Assembly (NCBI GenBank): GCA_018063165.1
Contig: JAGOQU010000002.1
Location: 3,048-67,047 of the forward strand
Reading direction: 5' to 3'
Length of the DNA: 64,000 bases
Source of the DNA: Minisyncoccota bacterium
GTDB taxonomy: Bacteria; Patescibacteriota; Minisyncoccia; Phycocordibacterales; UBA5272
The position numbers and the translations under genes are program-made. Below are positions 39,543 to 49,470 of this stretch, in pieces. The notes under the pieces are model-generated. The model made no database searches. It was given only the letters and a program-made list of their open reading frames with translations, and was not told the DNA's origin. Each line of letters opens with the position of its first letter. The stretch's first letter is position 1.

Positions 39543-41984
39543 TTAACTATTTTCAGTAGAATGTAAGTAAGGAATTTTCTTACTTAATATCTTCTTGTAT
39601 ACATAATCAGCAATTAAAATAATAAAACCAAGAAGAATGAGAGTAAAGACCAGTATGAGGTCTAAATCTGTTGTATGAAGAAGTCTATTTCCAATAGGTG
39701 AATAAATACTGCCAATCAAGACCAACGCTTCGAAACATACTGCAAATGTGATAAACATATTACTAAAAATAGAATATGTATTTATTGTGTCATAATTTTT
39801 TCTTACATTGAAAGCATGGAGCCAGATACCAACAGAAAAAAGAAGAATAAGTGCGGTTCTAACTTCTTCAATTGGTATACGATTTTTAAGAACAAACATA
39901 ACTGAAATAGAGATAAAACCTAATGTTAAACCAGAAACAAGAATTCTGTATATATCGTAACGATTAAGAAGTCCTCCTTTATACCGTTTAAATGTATATG
40001 ACGCATATTTTTCTTCAGGATTTTCTGTTGCTATTGCTACGTCAAGTAATCCCGCTGTAACAAAGTTAAGCCATAAAATCTGAACAGGTAAAAGTGGAAG
40101 TGGTTGATTAAGAATTGATGAACCTATAATTAAAACAAGAACACCTGAAGCTGAAGTCATTAAAAATACAAGTGCTTTTCTTATGTTTTCTGCAACTGTT
40201 CGTGCTTGAAAAATTGCTAGAACAATATCTGAAAAGTCATCATTGAGAAGTACAAGATCTGATGCTTCACGAGCCACGTCTGTCCCAGATTTACCCATAG
40301 ATATTCCAATGTCTGCAAGCGATAGAGCTGGGCCATCATTAACACCATCACCTGTCATTGCGACAACTTCACCTTTTTCTTGAAGTAATGAAACAATCCT
40401 TTCTTTGTTTGATGGTGTTACACGTGCAATAACTTTAATTAATTCTATTTTATTTTTAATTTCCTCATCAGTAAAATTATCTAATTCTTGTCCTGTAAGA
40501 CAAATATCTTGTTCTGAACTAAGAATACCAACCTCATGAGCTACATGCTTTGCTGTGAGAATGTTGTCACCAGTCATCATGATGATCTTAATACCTGTTT
40601 TTTTACAGTTAGATATTGATTCTTTTACTTCTTCTCGTATTTTATCTTCAAAAATAACAAGAGAAAGAGGTAATACATTTTCTGTTGAAAATTCCTCTTG
40701 TTCGTCTAGTAATTTGAATCCAACAAAAAGAACTCTGTATCCTTCTTTTGCATATTTATCAACACCTGGATGGTTAATTTTAAATACTTCACTTGCACCT
40801 TTATAGAGATGTAAAAACTTCCCATTATAACTGTATTCTTTCGCATTAAATTTAGACTCACTTGTAAAAGGTCTTTCTTTAGTTTCTTTATAAATAAATT
40901 CTTTAGATAAGAAAGACTCCATGACAATTTCAAGGACATCACCATTTTTTTTACCAGCTATATTTTTAATATCAAGACTGTGATAAATAAGTGAATCTTT
41001 TTCTTCTTGAGAAAAAGTTGATGTGTCTATATATATAATTTCTTTAACAGAAACATCACCATAGGTAAGTGTTCCTGTTTTGTCAGTACAAATGGTAGAA
41101 ACAGATGCGAGTGTTGCACCTGAAGGAAGATTGCGTAACAGTGCACGTGCCTTACTAATTTGGAGAGCTCCAATAGAAAGAACAACAGTAATGACAATTG
41201 GTAGGCCTTCTGGAATAACAGCTACACCCATTGCAGCGATTGTTTTTATGGTTGTTATAAATGATAAATCTCTATACATTGCAATAAGGAAAAAGATTAA
41301 AGAAGACACACCTAAAACAATAAGAAGAGTGAAAGAGAAAGAAGATATTTTCTTTTGAAGTTCAAGTATTTTATTTTTGTTTTTATCCATGTCTAATGCA
41401 AGTGTTCCAATCATTGTACTGTGTCCAACTTTTTCTACTTTTATAAATCCTTTTCCTGATACAACAACTGTACTTTTATATACAATTTCATCTTTATTTT
41501 CTTTAATAACAGGAAGCGATTCACCGTTAATACTACTCTCGTTAATTCCAAGATAATCTGAAGATATAACAATACCGTCTGCAGGAACAACATCTCCAGG
41601 TTCAAGATATACAACATCATCAACAGTTATATCAGAAGTGTGAACAGAAGTAAGTTTACCGTCCCGAATAACTTTTGTTTTTGGTTGAGAAAGTTTTTTG
41701 AGGGCAGACACAGCATTGTTTGCTCTATATTCTTGTATTGTTCCAACAAGAGCGTTAACAACAAGGACGCTAAAAATAACAATAGCATCCGTGTATTCTT
41801 TAGTTATTGTTGATATTAAAGCAACAAATAAAAGAATATAAACAAAAGGACTTTTAAACTGTTTTAAAAAAAGAATAAAAATAGTCTCTTTATTTTTTTC
41901 ATGGAGAGTGTTTTTACCATATAGACTTAGATTTTCTGAAGCTTCTTTTTGGGAAAGTCCAGATAGTTGAATTTCCTTTTGCAT
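39543..41984 (-). CDS. P-type cation-transporting ATPase (type II, Ca2+/Mg2+-like)
   Basis: 'CTDKTGTLT' phosphorylation motif, 'MTGDN', 'TGDGVNDGPAL', 10 TM arrangement. Confidence 0.85.
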   Translation of the reverse strand: MQKEIQLSGLSQKEASENLSLYGKNTLHEKNKETIFILFLKQFKSPFVYILLFVALISTITKEYTDAIVIFSVLVVNALVGTIQEYRANNAVSALKKLSQPKTKVIRDGKLTSVHTSDITVDDVVYLEPGDVVPADGIVISSDYLGINESSINGESLPVIKENKDEIVYKSTVVVSGKGFIKVEKVGHSTMIGTLALDMDKNKNKILELQKKISSFSFTLLIVLGVSSLIFFLIAMYRDLSFITTIKTIAAMGVAVIPEGLPIVITVVLSIGALQISKARALLRNLPSGATLASVSTICTDKTGTLTYGDVSVKEIIYIDTSTFSQEEKDSLIYHSLDIKNIAGKKNGDVLEIVMESFLSKEFIYKETKERPFTSESKFNAKEYSYNGKFLHLYKGASEVFKINHPGVDKYAKEGYRVLFVGFKLLDEQEEFSTENVLPLSLVIFEDKIREEVKESISNCKKTGIKIIMMTGDNILTAKHVAHEVGILSSEQDICLTGQELDNFTDEEIKNKIELIKVIARVTPSNKERIVSLLQEKGEVVAMTGDGVNDGPALSLADIGISMGKSGTDVAREASDLVLLNDDFSDIVLAIFQARTVAENIRKALVFLMTSASGVLVLIIGSSILNQPLPLLPVQILWLNFVTAGLLDVAIATENPEEKYASYTFKRYKGGLLNRYDIYRILVSGLTLGFISISVMFVLKNRIPIEEVRTALILLFSVGIWLHAFNVRKNYDTINTYSIFSNMFITFAVCFEALVLIGSIYSPIGNRLLHTTDLDLILVFTLILLGFIILIADYVYKKILSKKIPYLHSTENS

Positions 41985-42082
41985 AATAGAGAATATTTTA
42001 ATTATAGCAAAGAAAAGAAATTCTTATTTGTTATTTTTTAAGTAATGTACTTATCTGTTTTATTTAAGTAAAATTAAAACGA

Positions 42083-43211
42083 CTAACGGATAGCATTTTG
42101 AAGTATGGATTTTATTTGTTCGTTTACTAGTTCTGGATCTAATAATTTTCTTAACGCATTTATTTGTTTCGGTAAAATAGATTGACCGCATAATTCTTTG
42201 ATTCTTTCCGTAACAAGTGGAATATCTTTAAAAGATATTACCATATTAGATAATCCTACTTTATTTAGAATTTCAGAACACCCCATTGTTTCACTTACTA
42301 AAACAGGAATACCAAGACATACTGCTTCCATAGGAACATTACCAAAAGTTTCAAAATGAGAAGGGGATATTATCAAACCTTGGGATAAATAAAACCTCTT
42401 AATTCCTAATGTGTCCATTGGAGGTAATACAGTGACTGTTTTTGGTATTTTTTTCTCTATATTCGATACAAAAAAAACATTCATGGTCCCATTTTTGCTG
42501 TAAAAGTTTTTTATGGATTTCAAAAAAAGTATCAAAATTTTTAATGTAGGTATATCTTCCAACTCCAGCAATTCTTCTGGAAACACTAAAATCAACAGAA
42601 ACATCACTAAGAAAATCTTTATTTACAGCATTCGGTATAACGTATGTTTTTGCGGTTAAATGTTTATGAAATAATTCCTCAACAGTAGTCTTACATATTT
42701 TTGAAGGAAATATTATTTTTTTTGCTCTTTTAATAATACTTAACTCCATTAGATAAAAAAGTTTTCTATCTTTTTCTTTATAATGTTCAACTTCTTTTGT
42801 CAGGATTCCTGAGTACCAAAGAACGATAGGAATACCAGCTTTTTTGGCTGCGACAGAAAGTATCCAAGGAATGTAATAGGTGCCACTAATAAGAAATACA
42901 TCAGGTTTTGTTTCTTTTAAAATTAAATATACATCATTAATAACATCAGAAAAATAAGATTCTAAATCTTTTAAAATATTTGATGAATCAAGTGCTTCTT
43001 TTAAATTATAATTATGAATATTAATAATATTATGATCAAACAGAGCTGGGTTAAGCTGTCTAAAAATTACTGGTCCTTTCATAACACGTCGAGCATTTAT
43101 TTCAATTGCCACTGTTTGAATGTCTTGACCATAAATATGTTTAATAAAACTAAGATTAGAAGCCGTAATTCCTCCAAGAAACTCGCGAGAAACATTGATA
43201 GCAATTTTCAT
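42083..43211 (-). pseudogene. Family-1 glycosyltransferase split by a frameshift (N-terminal ORF 42399..43211, C-terminal ORF 42083..42607)
   Basis: C-terminal ORF carries the GT1 motif 'SHFETFGNVPMEAVCLGIPVLV'; the two ORFs overlap by ~209 nt in different frames. Confidence 0.5.
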
Positions 43212-43325
43212 AATAACTATAATTCTACCATTTTTAAACTATTTATTATAGAAATTTTATGAGATATTAGAACCTAAAGTACAAATACAAAAATGACACC
43301 ATGTAGTGTCATTTTTGTATTTTGA

Positions 43326-43620
43326 GTTATAAAGACTACTTATTGAGTGGTAACAAAAGTACCATTTAGATTCCAAATACTTACATTACCTTGTAAATCA
43401 GTAGCTACTATAACATAGTAATACTGAGTATTAGGAGAAAGGTTGTTTATAATAACTTGTTGTGATTGACGTGCAACTGAATCATTTGTAACAGAATAAC
43501 CATTTTTTGAACCAAAACCTACTTAGTTAATATCTCCTTCATTCATAGTTATTAGTCCTGAATTATAAAATACTTTTGCGGAAGCTAGTCATTTGTATTC
43601 CATGTAAAAGTAACAGCGGT
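43326..43620 (-). pseudogene. Remnant of a fibronectin-type-III-like domain protein gene
   Basis: Reverse-strand translation reads '...NNLSPNTQYYYVIVATDLQGNVSIWNLNGTFVTTQ*' but the region has in-frame stops upstream, and no ORF of 60 aa or more is present. Confidence 0.3.
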
Positions 43621-43689
43621 ATTTCTTACATATCTAGTTACATTAAAATTTGAAAGAATTTTCCTCTATTTTTCGTATATACTAGTGGT

Positions 43690-44256
43690 GTGCTTCATAT
43701 AACAACTCTCACAGATGAAGAATTGGCAAAACAAAGTGTTTTAGACACACTGTGTTTTGGTGAGCTTGTTGAAAGATATGATACTGTTTTACTTCGTTAT
43801 GTGATGAGACGTTCTCATGCTACAAAAGAAGATGCTGAAGATATAGTTCAAAATAGTTTTATTAAAATGTATCGTAACATTAATGATTTTGATCCTTCTT
43901 TAAAATTTTCTTCATGGGCATATCGTATTACTCATAATGAGCTTATTGACTGGTATCGTAAACAAAAAAGTAGACCGCAGATAAGTATTTCTAGTGGAGA
44001 TGAGGATGTTTTTTCTTCTATTGCAGGGGATATAAATATAGAAAAAGAAGCAATAGAACAAGAAACAAAAAAAGAAATTAAAAAAGTGGTAGAAACATTA
44101 GATCCAAAATATCAAGAAGTAGTCATGTTACGTTTTTTTGAAGAAAAAAGTTATGACGAAATAGCAGATATTTTACAAATTCCATCCGGTACAGTTGCTA
44201 TACGATTATCACGTGCAAAAAAGATTTTAGAAGAAAGTTTACAACCTTATTCATAA
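43690..44256 (+). CDS. ECF-type RNA polymerase sigma-70 family factor
   Basis: Region 2 'DIVQNSFIKMYRNINDFDP...FSSWAYRITHNELIDWYRKQ', region 4 'VVMLRFFEEKSYDEIADILQIPSGTVAIRLSRAKKIL'. Confidence 0.8.
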   Translation: MLHITTLTDEELAKQSVLDTLCFGELVERYDTVLLRYVMRRSHATKEDAEDIVQNSFIKMYRNINDFDPSLKFSSWAYRITHNELIDWYRKQKSRPQISISSGDEDVFSSIAGDINIEKEAIEQETKKEIKKVVETLDPKYQEVVMLRFFEEKSYDEIADILQIPSGTVAIRLSRAKKILEESLQPYS

Positions 44257-44263
44257 AATATAT

Positions 44264-45103
44264 ATGAATACAAAGATTTCACAAACAATTTTACATAAAA
44301 TAGAGAAAGAAAATATTAAACCAAAAGCAAGATGGTATTTTGTGCTTGAACATGGAATACTCTGGGTTCCAGGTATTCTTGTTACATTACTCGGAGCTGT
44401 TGCTGTAGCAGGTATAGTATATGCAGTAATGCATTCTGGTTGGGAATATAATGAATTTGTATATAAAACAAAAGTAGATTTTTTAATTGCTACTACTCCA
44501 TTTTTATGGGTGATTTCTTTTGCCCTTTTTAACTCTCTTATTGTTAAAGCTTTACGTACTACTCATTTGGGGTACAGGATGTCTGCTAAAAAAATAATTA
44601 TAGGAAGCTTTACTACAAGTATTATTCTTGGATGTTCTGTATATGTATTTGATGAAAAGTTTGAAGTAGATAGTCTTATACGTTATCCTGTACATATAAG
44701 AGAAAAAGGTGTTTGGTCTTCTCCGGAACAAGGAAGAATGTCTGGTATAGTAGAAAAGAAATATGAAAAAGCTTTACTTGTAAGAGATTTTGAAAATAGA
44801 CTTTGGATTGTTGATATGTCTGGTTTTGGTTCAACAACATTTCCTTTTGTAGAAGAAGGAAAAAGTATACGAGTTCTTGGTACAACTACAGAAAATGTAT
44901 CAATAAATACTGACGTTAATAAAGAATATTCTTTTGTTGCATGTGCTCTATTTCCTTGGGAAATAGGAGGTAGAATGCATAAGCAGATACCACCTAAAGG
45001 TGAATTTAATAAACCAAAATTTCGTTTAAATAATCAAAACCCAGATTGTGAAAGTATTTTAGAAGAAATGAAAGGAAAAGTAAGAATGAGTGAAAGAAAG
45101 TAA
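44264..45103 (+). CDS. Membrane protein, candidate anti-sigma factor (by position only)
   Basis: Immediately downstream of the ECF sigma gene; several TM helices. Confidence 0.35.
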   Translation: MNTKISQTILHKIEKENIKPKARWYFVLEHGILWVPGILVTLLGAVAVAGIVYAVMHSGWEYNEFVYKTKVDFLIATTPFLWVISFALFNSLIVKALRTTHLGYRMSAKKIIIGSFTTSIILGCSVYVFDEKFEVDSLIRYPVHIREKGVWSSPEQGRMSGIVEKKYEKALLVRDFENRLWIVDMSGFGSTTFPFVEEGKSIRVLGTTTENVSINTDVNKEYSFVACALFPWEIGGRMHKQIPPKGEFNKPKFRLNNQNPDCESILEEMKGKVRMSERK

Positions 45104-45190
45104 AAGATGTCTTCGTAGTACTAGATGTTAACAGGGAGGCAGATTATGAATGATGTTAACATTTATTAACTATAATTCTACACACTCAAT

Positions 45191-45862
45191 ATGAAATCAA
45201 AACGTAAACATTTTCTCGCTTTATCACTCGCAAGTATTGGAGCTATTGGTGCATTTGCTTCGGTAAGTGCTGCATCGATACAATCAGGTTTAACAAATAA
45301 AGACAGAGACGAAGTAAGAACAGCTATTAAGCAGGCTGTAACAGCAGGTGACTATCAGGCATATCTTGCAACCACTAAAGAATATAAAATTGGTGTACCT
45401 GTTTTAACAGAATCTCAATTTTCAGTAATGGTGCAAGCACATAAACTTAGAGCATTAGGTGATAATGCAGGTGCAAAAAAATTACTAGATGATGCAAAAA
45501 TAACACCACCACAATCAAAAGAAGGAAATGGTGGAATGGGTTCAAAGCTTGGAAAAAGAAAAGATATGACAGCTTTTACAGATACACAGAAAACAGTAAT
45601 GAGACAAGCTCTTCTATTAAGAAAGGAGGGTAAAACAACAGAAGCAGATACTCTCCTTAAAAATGCTGGAATAAATACTCCTTTTCATAAAGGAGGAAAA
45701 GGAGGAGAAGGAATGAAAACATTTATGAGTGGTTTAACTGATACTCAGAAAGCGATAATGGATCAAGCTCACACACTTATGGAAAACGGAAAGAAAGATG
45801 AAGCTAGTGTTCTTATAAAAAATGCAGGCATAACACTTCCTCTTAGATCACAACTACAATAA
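45191..45862 (+). CDS. Secreted protein with internal tandem repeats
   Basis: Signal peptide; repeated units '...TDTQK.VM.QA..L...GK..EA..LLKNAGI.TP'. Confidence 0.45.
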   Translation: MKSKRKHFLALSLASIGAIGAFASVSAASIQSGLTNKDRDEVRTAIKQAVTAGDYQAYLATTKEYKIGVPVLTESQFSVMVQAHKLRALGDNAGAKKLLDDAKITPPQSKEGNGGMGSKLGKRKDMTAFTDTQKTVMRQALLLRKEGKTTEADTLLKNAGINTPFHKGGKGGEGMKTFMSGLTDTQKAIMDQAHTLMENGKKDEASVLIKNAGITLPLRSQLQ

Positions 45863-45907
45863 CATACATACATTAAATTGTATTTGTTCATATAGTATTT
45901 CTATCTT

Positions 45908-45941
45908 AAAAAAATACCAGTCATAACGACTGGTATTTTTA
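45908..45941. terminator. Bidirectional terminator hairpin
   Basis: aaaaataccagtc-ataa-cgactggtattttt. Confidence 0.55.
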
Positions 45942-46499
45942 TTATGTAAACATTTTCGTAAGTTCCGTGAGACATTCTGGTAGCTTTGTAAAACCAGCAC
46001 TACCGTTTAAATGTTTACCTTCATGAATAACAACCAAATCACAGTGTAATTTTTCTGCCAAGAATCCAGCATTTTGAATTGGTACAACAGGATCATCATC
46101 ACCATGAATAATTGCAAATCTAGATACTTTTGTATTTATTACATCAAAATTAATTGGTGTATTAAGAAAATGAGTAACTTTTTCATTTGTTGTTTTTTCA
46201 GCTGGACCAGACACAAGCACAGCTCCTTTAATGTGTATACCTTCTTTCATGGTTTCAAGATATTTAAGAATAGTAGGTACGCCAAGACTATGTCCAACCA
46301 AAAATAGTTCATCTTCTTGATTACGTTCTACATGTCTTTCTATTTCTTCAATCCATTCTGATAAAACAGGTGCCCCATGTTTTGGCATTGAAAGTGCACA
46401 TGCATAGACATCAATTTTTTGTAGTTCACTCATAAGCCAAGGTCTCCATCCACCATTAGGTGTTCCTTCTAGTCCATGAATAATAAATACTTTTTTCAT
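45942..46499 (-). CDS. Alpha/beta hydrolase, YdeN/RBBP9-like serine hydrolase
   Basis: 'VFIIHGLEG', nucleophile elbow 'LVGHSLGV', ~185 aa. Confidence 0.6.
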   Translation of the reverse strand: MKKVFIIHGLEGTPNGGWRPWLMSELQKIDVYACALSMPKHGAPVLSEWIEEIERHVERNQEDELFLVGHSLGVPTILKYLETMKEGIHIKGAVLVSGPAEKTTNEKVTHFLNTPINFDVINTKVSRFAIIHGDDDPVVPIQNAGFLAEKLHCDLVVIHEGKHLNGSAGFTKLPECLTELTKMFT

Positions 46500-46513
46500 A
46501 TTAGGGTAGTATT

Positions 46514-46777
46514 TTAAATTAAGCTAATTAAGAATACCCCAACAACTAAAACTAACAACCACATAAAAATAGTATTTTCAAATTTTAATAAGAGTAAACC
46601 CCAAAAATAAAACAAAATGGAGGATATTAAAGAACTAATAACAATAGCCAGAAAACTTTTTTTAGAAGAAAGGCTTGTTACTATAGATAAGATAAAAAAG
46701 AAAAAAGAAAGATATCTAACACCTTTCTCATCATGAATAAATTTCATAATAGCACCCATAAAAATAAGTAAAAACAT
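46514..46777 (-). CDS. Small membrane protein (87 aa)
   Basis: Three hydrophobic helices. Confidence 0.3.
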   Translation of the reverse strand: MFLLIFMGAIMKFIHDEKGVRYLSFFFFILSIVTSLSSKKSFLAIVISSLISSILFYFWGLLLLKFENTIFMWLLVLVVGVFLISLI

Positions 46778-46898
46778 GATTTTAAAATTAAGTTACAAGA
46801 ATTTTTAAATAAGTAGTTTAATTGTAACATGAATCATTTTTAATAAGAGATACTAAATTTGTAGAAAATGTAGCATTATTATTTGTTGTAAAAATGTG

Positions 46899-47045
46899 AG
46901 ATTCGATTACAAAAGCAATCACTTCGTTCGAGAAGTTTTCGCATTTGTTCAAGTCCAAGACATAACCTTGCTAGGTTAGAACCGAATCTGCTGATTCGCC
47001 TATTCGAATCTCACACGAAAGTGACGCAGGTCACTTGCTTTCTAC
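46899..47045. repeat. tRNA-T-arm-derived palindromic repeat and GCAG-loop hairpin module
   Basis: Inverted copies 'gtgagattcga' (46899) and 'tcgaatctcac' (47003), which match the T-arm of nearby tRNAs. Internal segment 'caagtccaagacataacc...' homologous to 56128-56225 with compensatory changes. Hairpin aagtgac-gcag-gtcactt. Confidence 0.6.
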
Positions 47046-47177
47046 TTCTTCACTGTCAAAATAAAAATAGAGTAAGAAGCTCTGTTTTTATTTTGATGCA
47101 GGCACTGTGGGACGAAATTGGAATATTGCTATACATGAATAACACACCATAAAAACTTATCATTGTTTATATATAAA

Positions 47178-47798
47178 TTAAAGAAGTCTAGATATTGTAT
47201 TATAAATACTAGTTTCTATAACATCTATAATATTTCGCCTCAAAGATTTTTTCTTCTTTAATACATCAAAAATGATATGAATTCTTGTTTCATTACTTCT
47301 GTTTTCAACGTGATGCATTTTTTTATTATCAAACCACCAGAGTTCTCCAGTGTTATAGATTTGATTCTCACTTCCACAAAAATTAATACTGTTGTTTGTT
47401 TTTAAAACAAGATGATACCTGTCTCTTGTAAGGTAGTATGAGCCTTCATCTATATGTGGCTTAACATTAGAATTACCATCTAATGTGACTATCATCACTC
47501 GTTCAAGTTGACCACCAAGTTCCTTTTCAAAAATTTTTAATAGACTAATTGTTTTTGTAAAATATGGAGCATTTTGTGGAACAGTAATTATATTCCCTGA
47601 ATTTCTATAATATTCTACAGTATTATCTTTTCTATTAATCTTATGCTCCCTTAAACTAACATGTTTTGTGTTCTCGTGATATGAAATATTTTTTGAGCGA
47701 ACATTACTCCATGTGTTTTTTTCTAGAAAATTAGAAAGTTCTAAGAGTGTCGTGGATACGTCTACATCCTTTTTTATTAATTTAAAATTTTGTTTCAT
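47178..47798 (-). CDS. Aspartyl/asparaginyl beta-hydroxylase-like 2OG-Fe(II) oxygenase (cupin fold)
   Basis: 'KPHIDEG' (HxD) and downstream 'HHVEN' His; length and spacing fit the Asp_Arg_Hydrox family. Confidence 0.45.
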   Translation of the reverse strand: MKQNFKLIKKDVDVSTTLLELSNFLEKNTWSNVRSKNISYHENTKHVSLREHKINRKDNTVEYYRNSGNIITVPQNAPYFTKTISLLKIFEKELGGQLERVMIVTLDGNSNVKPHIDEGSYYLTRDRYHLVLKTNNSINFCGSENQIYNTGELWWFDNKKMHHVENRSNETRIHIIFDVLKKKKSLRRNIIDVIETSIYNTISRLL

Positions 47799-47825
47799 TT
47801 TATAATTCTAGTGTATACTTATTGT

Positions 47826-47957
47826 ATGAATGATACCACTAAAAATAGAACTAAAAAAATACTGATTTACTTATTGTACGCAGTTTTATCGTGCTTCTAT
47901 TTTTTTCTTGGTTATGGATTTGTAGGCAGTATGATGGGTATTGGACAAGGTGATTAA
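47826..47957 (+). CDS. Possible small TM peptide (43 aa)
   Basis: 'MNDTTKNRTKKILIYLLYAVLSCFYFFLGYGFVGSMMGIGQGD'; below the ORF-track threshold, speculative. Confidence 0.2.
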   Translation: MNDTTKNRTKKILIYLLYAVLSCFYFFLGYGFVGSMMGIGQGD

Positions 47958-47962
47958 ACACT

Positions 47963-48121
47963 ATGATTAAAAATGCTCTTAAATTTATAGGCGTTAACGT
48001 TATTCTACTCGTTGTCTTTTTCTTATTAGGTGGACTCTCAGCTTTTTTAGTGTTGCAAAAACAAATTATTCACCAAAAGATACTAGTGACTCCACTCACA
48101 TCAACCAGCACTACTGATTAA
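47963..48121 (+). CDS. Possible small TM peptide (52 aa)
   Basis: 'MIKNALKFIGVNVILLVVFFLLGGLSAFLVLQKQ...'; speculative. Confidence 0.2.
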   Translation: MIKNALKFIGVNVILLVVFFLLGGLSAFLVLQKQIIHQKILVTPLTSTSTTD

Positions 48122-48202
48122 ACAAAATAACCACCGATTTTGGTGGTTATTTCTATGTGTGTTGCGGAGGCATATTCATAGTCGCGAGTACGTTCCTGAA
48201 TT
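48121..48202 (+). repeat. Repeat R1 copy A (hairpin aaataaccacc-gatttt-ggtggttattt + ~50 nt), followed by a ~95-bp insertion absent from copy B
   Basis: Aligned by eye to 50961..51040, with 3-4 substitutions over ~80 bp. Confidence 0.8.
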
Positions 48203-48299
48203 AGCAAATTCATGTCTTAGACCGATTTCTTAGATTGTAATCAATCTTCAATTAGCAAATTGACCTATCGGGTTTGAAATCGCAATCTTGTGGACTCCT
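48203..48299 (+). mobile_element. ~95-bp insertion/MITE-like element interrupting R1 copy A
   Basis: Copy B reads 'gtacgctccttgaaatgcactgcgcaaa' contiguously. Copy A has 'gtacgttcct|gaattagcaaatt...gtggac|tccttgaaatgcactgcgcaaa', with internal duplicated 'aattagcaaatt' and possible 'tcct' target duplication. Confidence 0.5.
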
Positions 48300-48387
48300 T
48301 GAAATGCACTGCGCAAATTATAGTCGCTCGATTACGAACTCCTTAATTTGTGGGGACTTTGGGACGAAGTTGGAATTTTAATTAATC

Positions 48388-48933
48388 TTAAACAAATCTA
48401 ACTCTTTTAGCTTCTTCCAAAAGAAACAATGTCCTTCTTGTTATAAAACTATCCTTTTGATTTTTAAGACATCTTATGGCTTCTTCTAAAGATAGCCATA
48501 CAACAGTAAGACCATCATGAACATCCTCTTTTGTAAACTGGGGGTTATTTTTTTCTCCATCAACATCAGCAGTAAAGCAATAGTTGAACTGAACCCTTCT
48601 TTTATTGAACTCATTACCAATTCCTCGTTCTTCTATAGTTCCTAATTCTTGAATATTTTTAATCTTACAACCGGTTTCTTCTAACGCTTCACGAATAAGA
48701 GCATCTTCAATTAGTTCACCTTCATCAATTCCACCACCGATTATAGAATATCTAAATGTATCATTGCCTTCATTAACAGCCCCTAATGCAACATTTCCTT
48801 CTGTATCAAAAATAACAATGCGAGTAGTTCTACGAGACTTTAGATATTCACTTTCTGGTGTTATTTCATTATTTGGATAAATATCTCTTTCTATTAAAGT
48901 TAAAATGGTTTTCATGTTATTTTTTAAATTCAC
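48388..48933 (-). CDS. NUDIX hydrolase
   Basis: NUDIX box 'GGGIDEGELIEDALIREALEETGCKI'. Confidence 0.8.
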   Translation of the reverse strand: MNLKNNMKTILTLIERDIYPNNEITPESEYLKSRRTTRIVIFDTEGNVALGAVNEGNDTFRYSIIGGGIDEGELIEDALIREALEETGCKIKNIQELGTIEERGIGNEFNKRRVQFNYCFTADVDGEKNNPQFTKEDVHDGLTVVWLSLEEAIRCLKNQKDSFITRRTLFLLEEAKRVRFV

Positions 48934-49447
48934 TCTTTAATTTACTATATATTAAGACGTCATAATATTTATTACCAATCTTCTTATCATCTCTTAATGT
49001 TCCTTCATATATAAACCCATTCTTTTCTGCTAATTTCTTAGATCTTTCATTATAAGAATATGTGCCATACTGCAATCTGTGTAATTTAAATTTTGTAAAA
49101 GCTGTTTTACATAAAAAATTTAACGCTTCTGACCCATAACCATTACCCCAAAATTCTTCCTTAATAGATAATGAAATCTTTGCGCTATTATTTTTCTTAT
49201 CAAATCTGTTTATGCTACATCTACCAATATATTCTTTATTTTTATTGAGAATTAAAAAAGTTGCTCTATTACCAATCTTTTCTTCTTTAATAATCTTTTT
49301 ATGATCTTCTAGATATTTTTTAAAAGTTAAATAATCAAATTCCTTCTTTAAAGTTCCGGATGAAAAATATATAACATTTTCTTCAAGGTTATCAAAACAT
49401 AATCTTGCATCTTTTAATTCTAATGGCTTAAAAGTTAATTTATACAT
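48917..49447 (-). CDS. GNAT-family N-acetyltransferase (RimJ/RimL-like)
   Basis: 'EEFWGNGYGSEALNFLCKTAF' acetyl-CoA binding motif; overlaps the NUDIX gene by 17 nt, suggesting an operon. Confidence 0.75.
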   Translation of the reverse strand: MYKLTFKPLELKDARLCFDNLEENVIYFSSGTLKKEFDYLTFKKYLEDHKKIIKEEKIGNRATFLILNKNKEYIGRCSINRFDKKNNSAKISLSIKEEFWGNGYGSEALNFLCKTAFTKFKLHRLQYGTYSYNERSKKLAEKNGFIYEGTLRDDKKIGNKYYDVLIYSKLKSEFKK

Positions 49448-49470
49448 AATTTTTTATTTTATACTAAAAA

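Noticed and set aside
42083-43211. Two independent glycosyltransferase-related genes
   Set aside because: The overlap of ~209 nt in different frames, and the N-terminal and C-terminal GT1 halves fitting one protein, make a single frameshifted gene more parsimonious.
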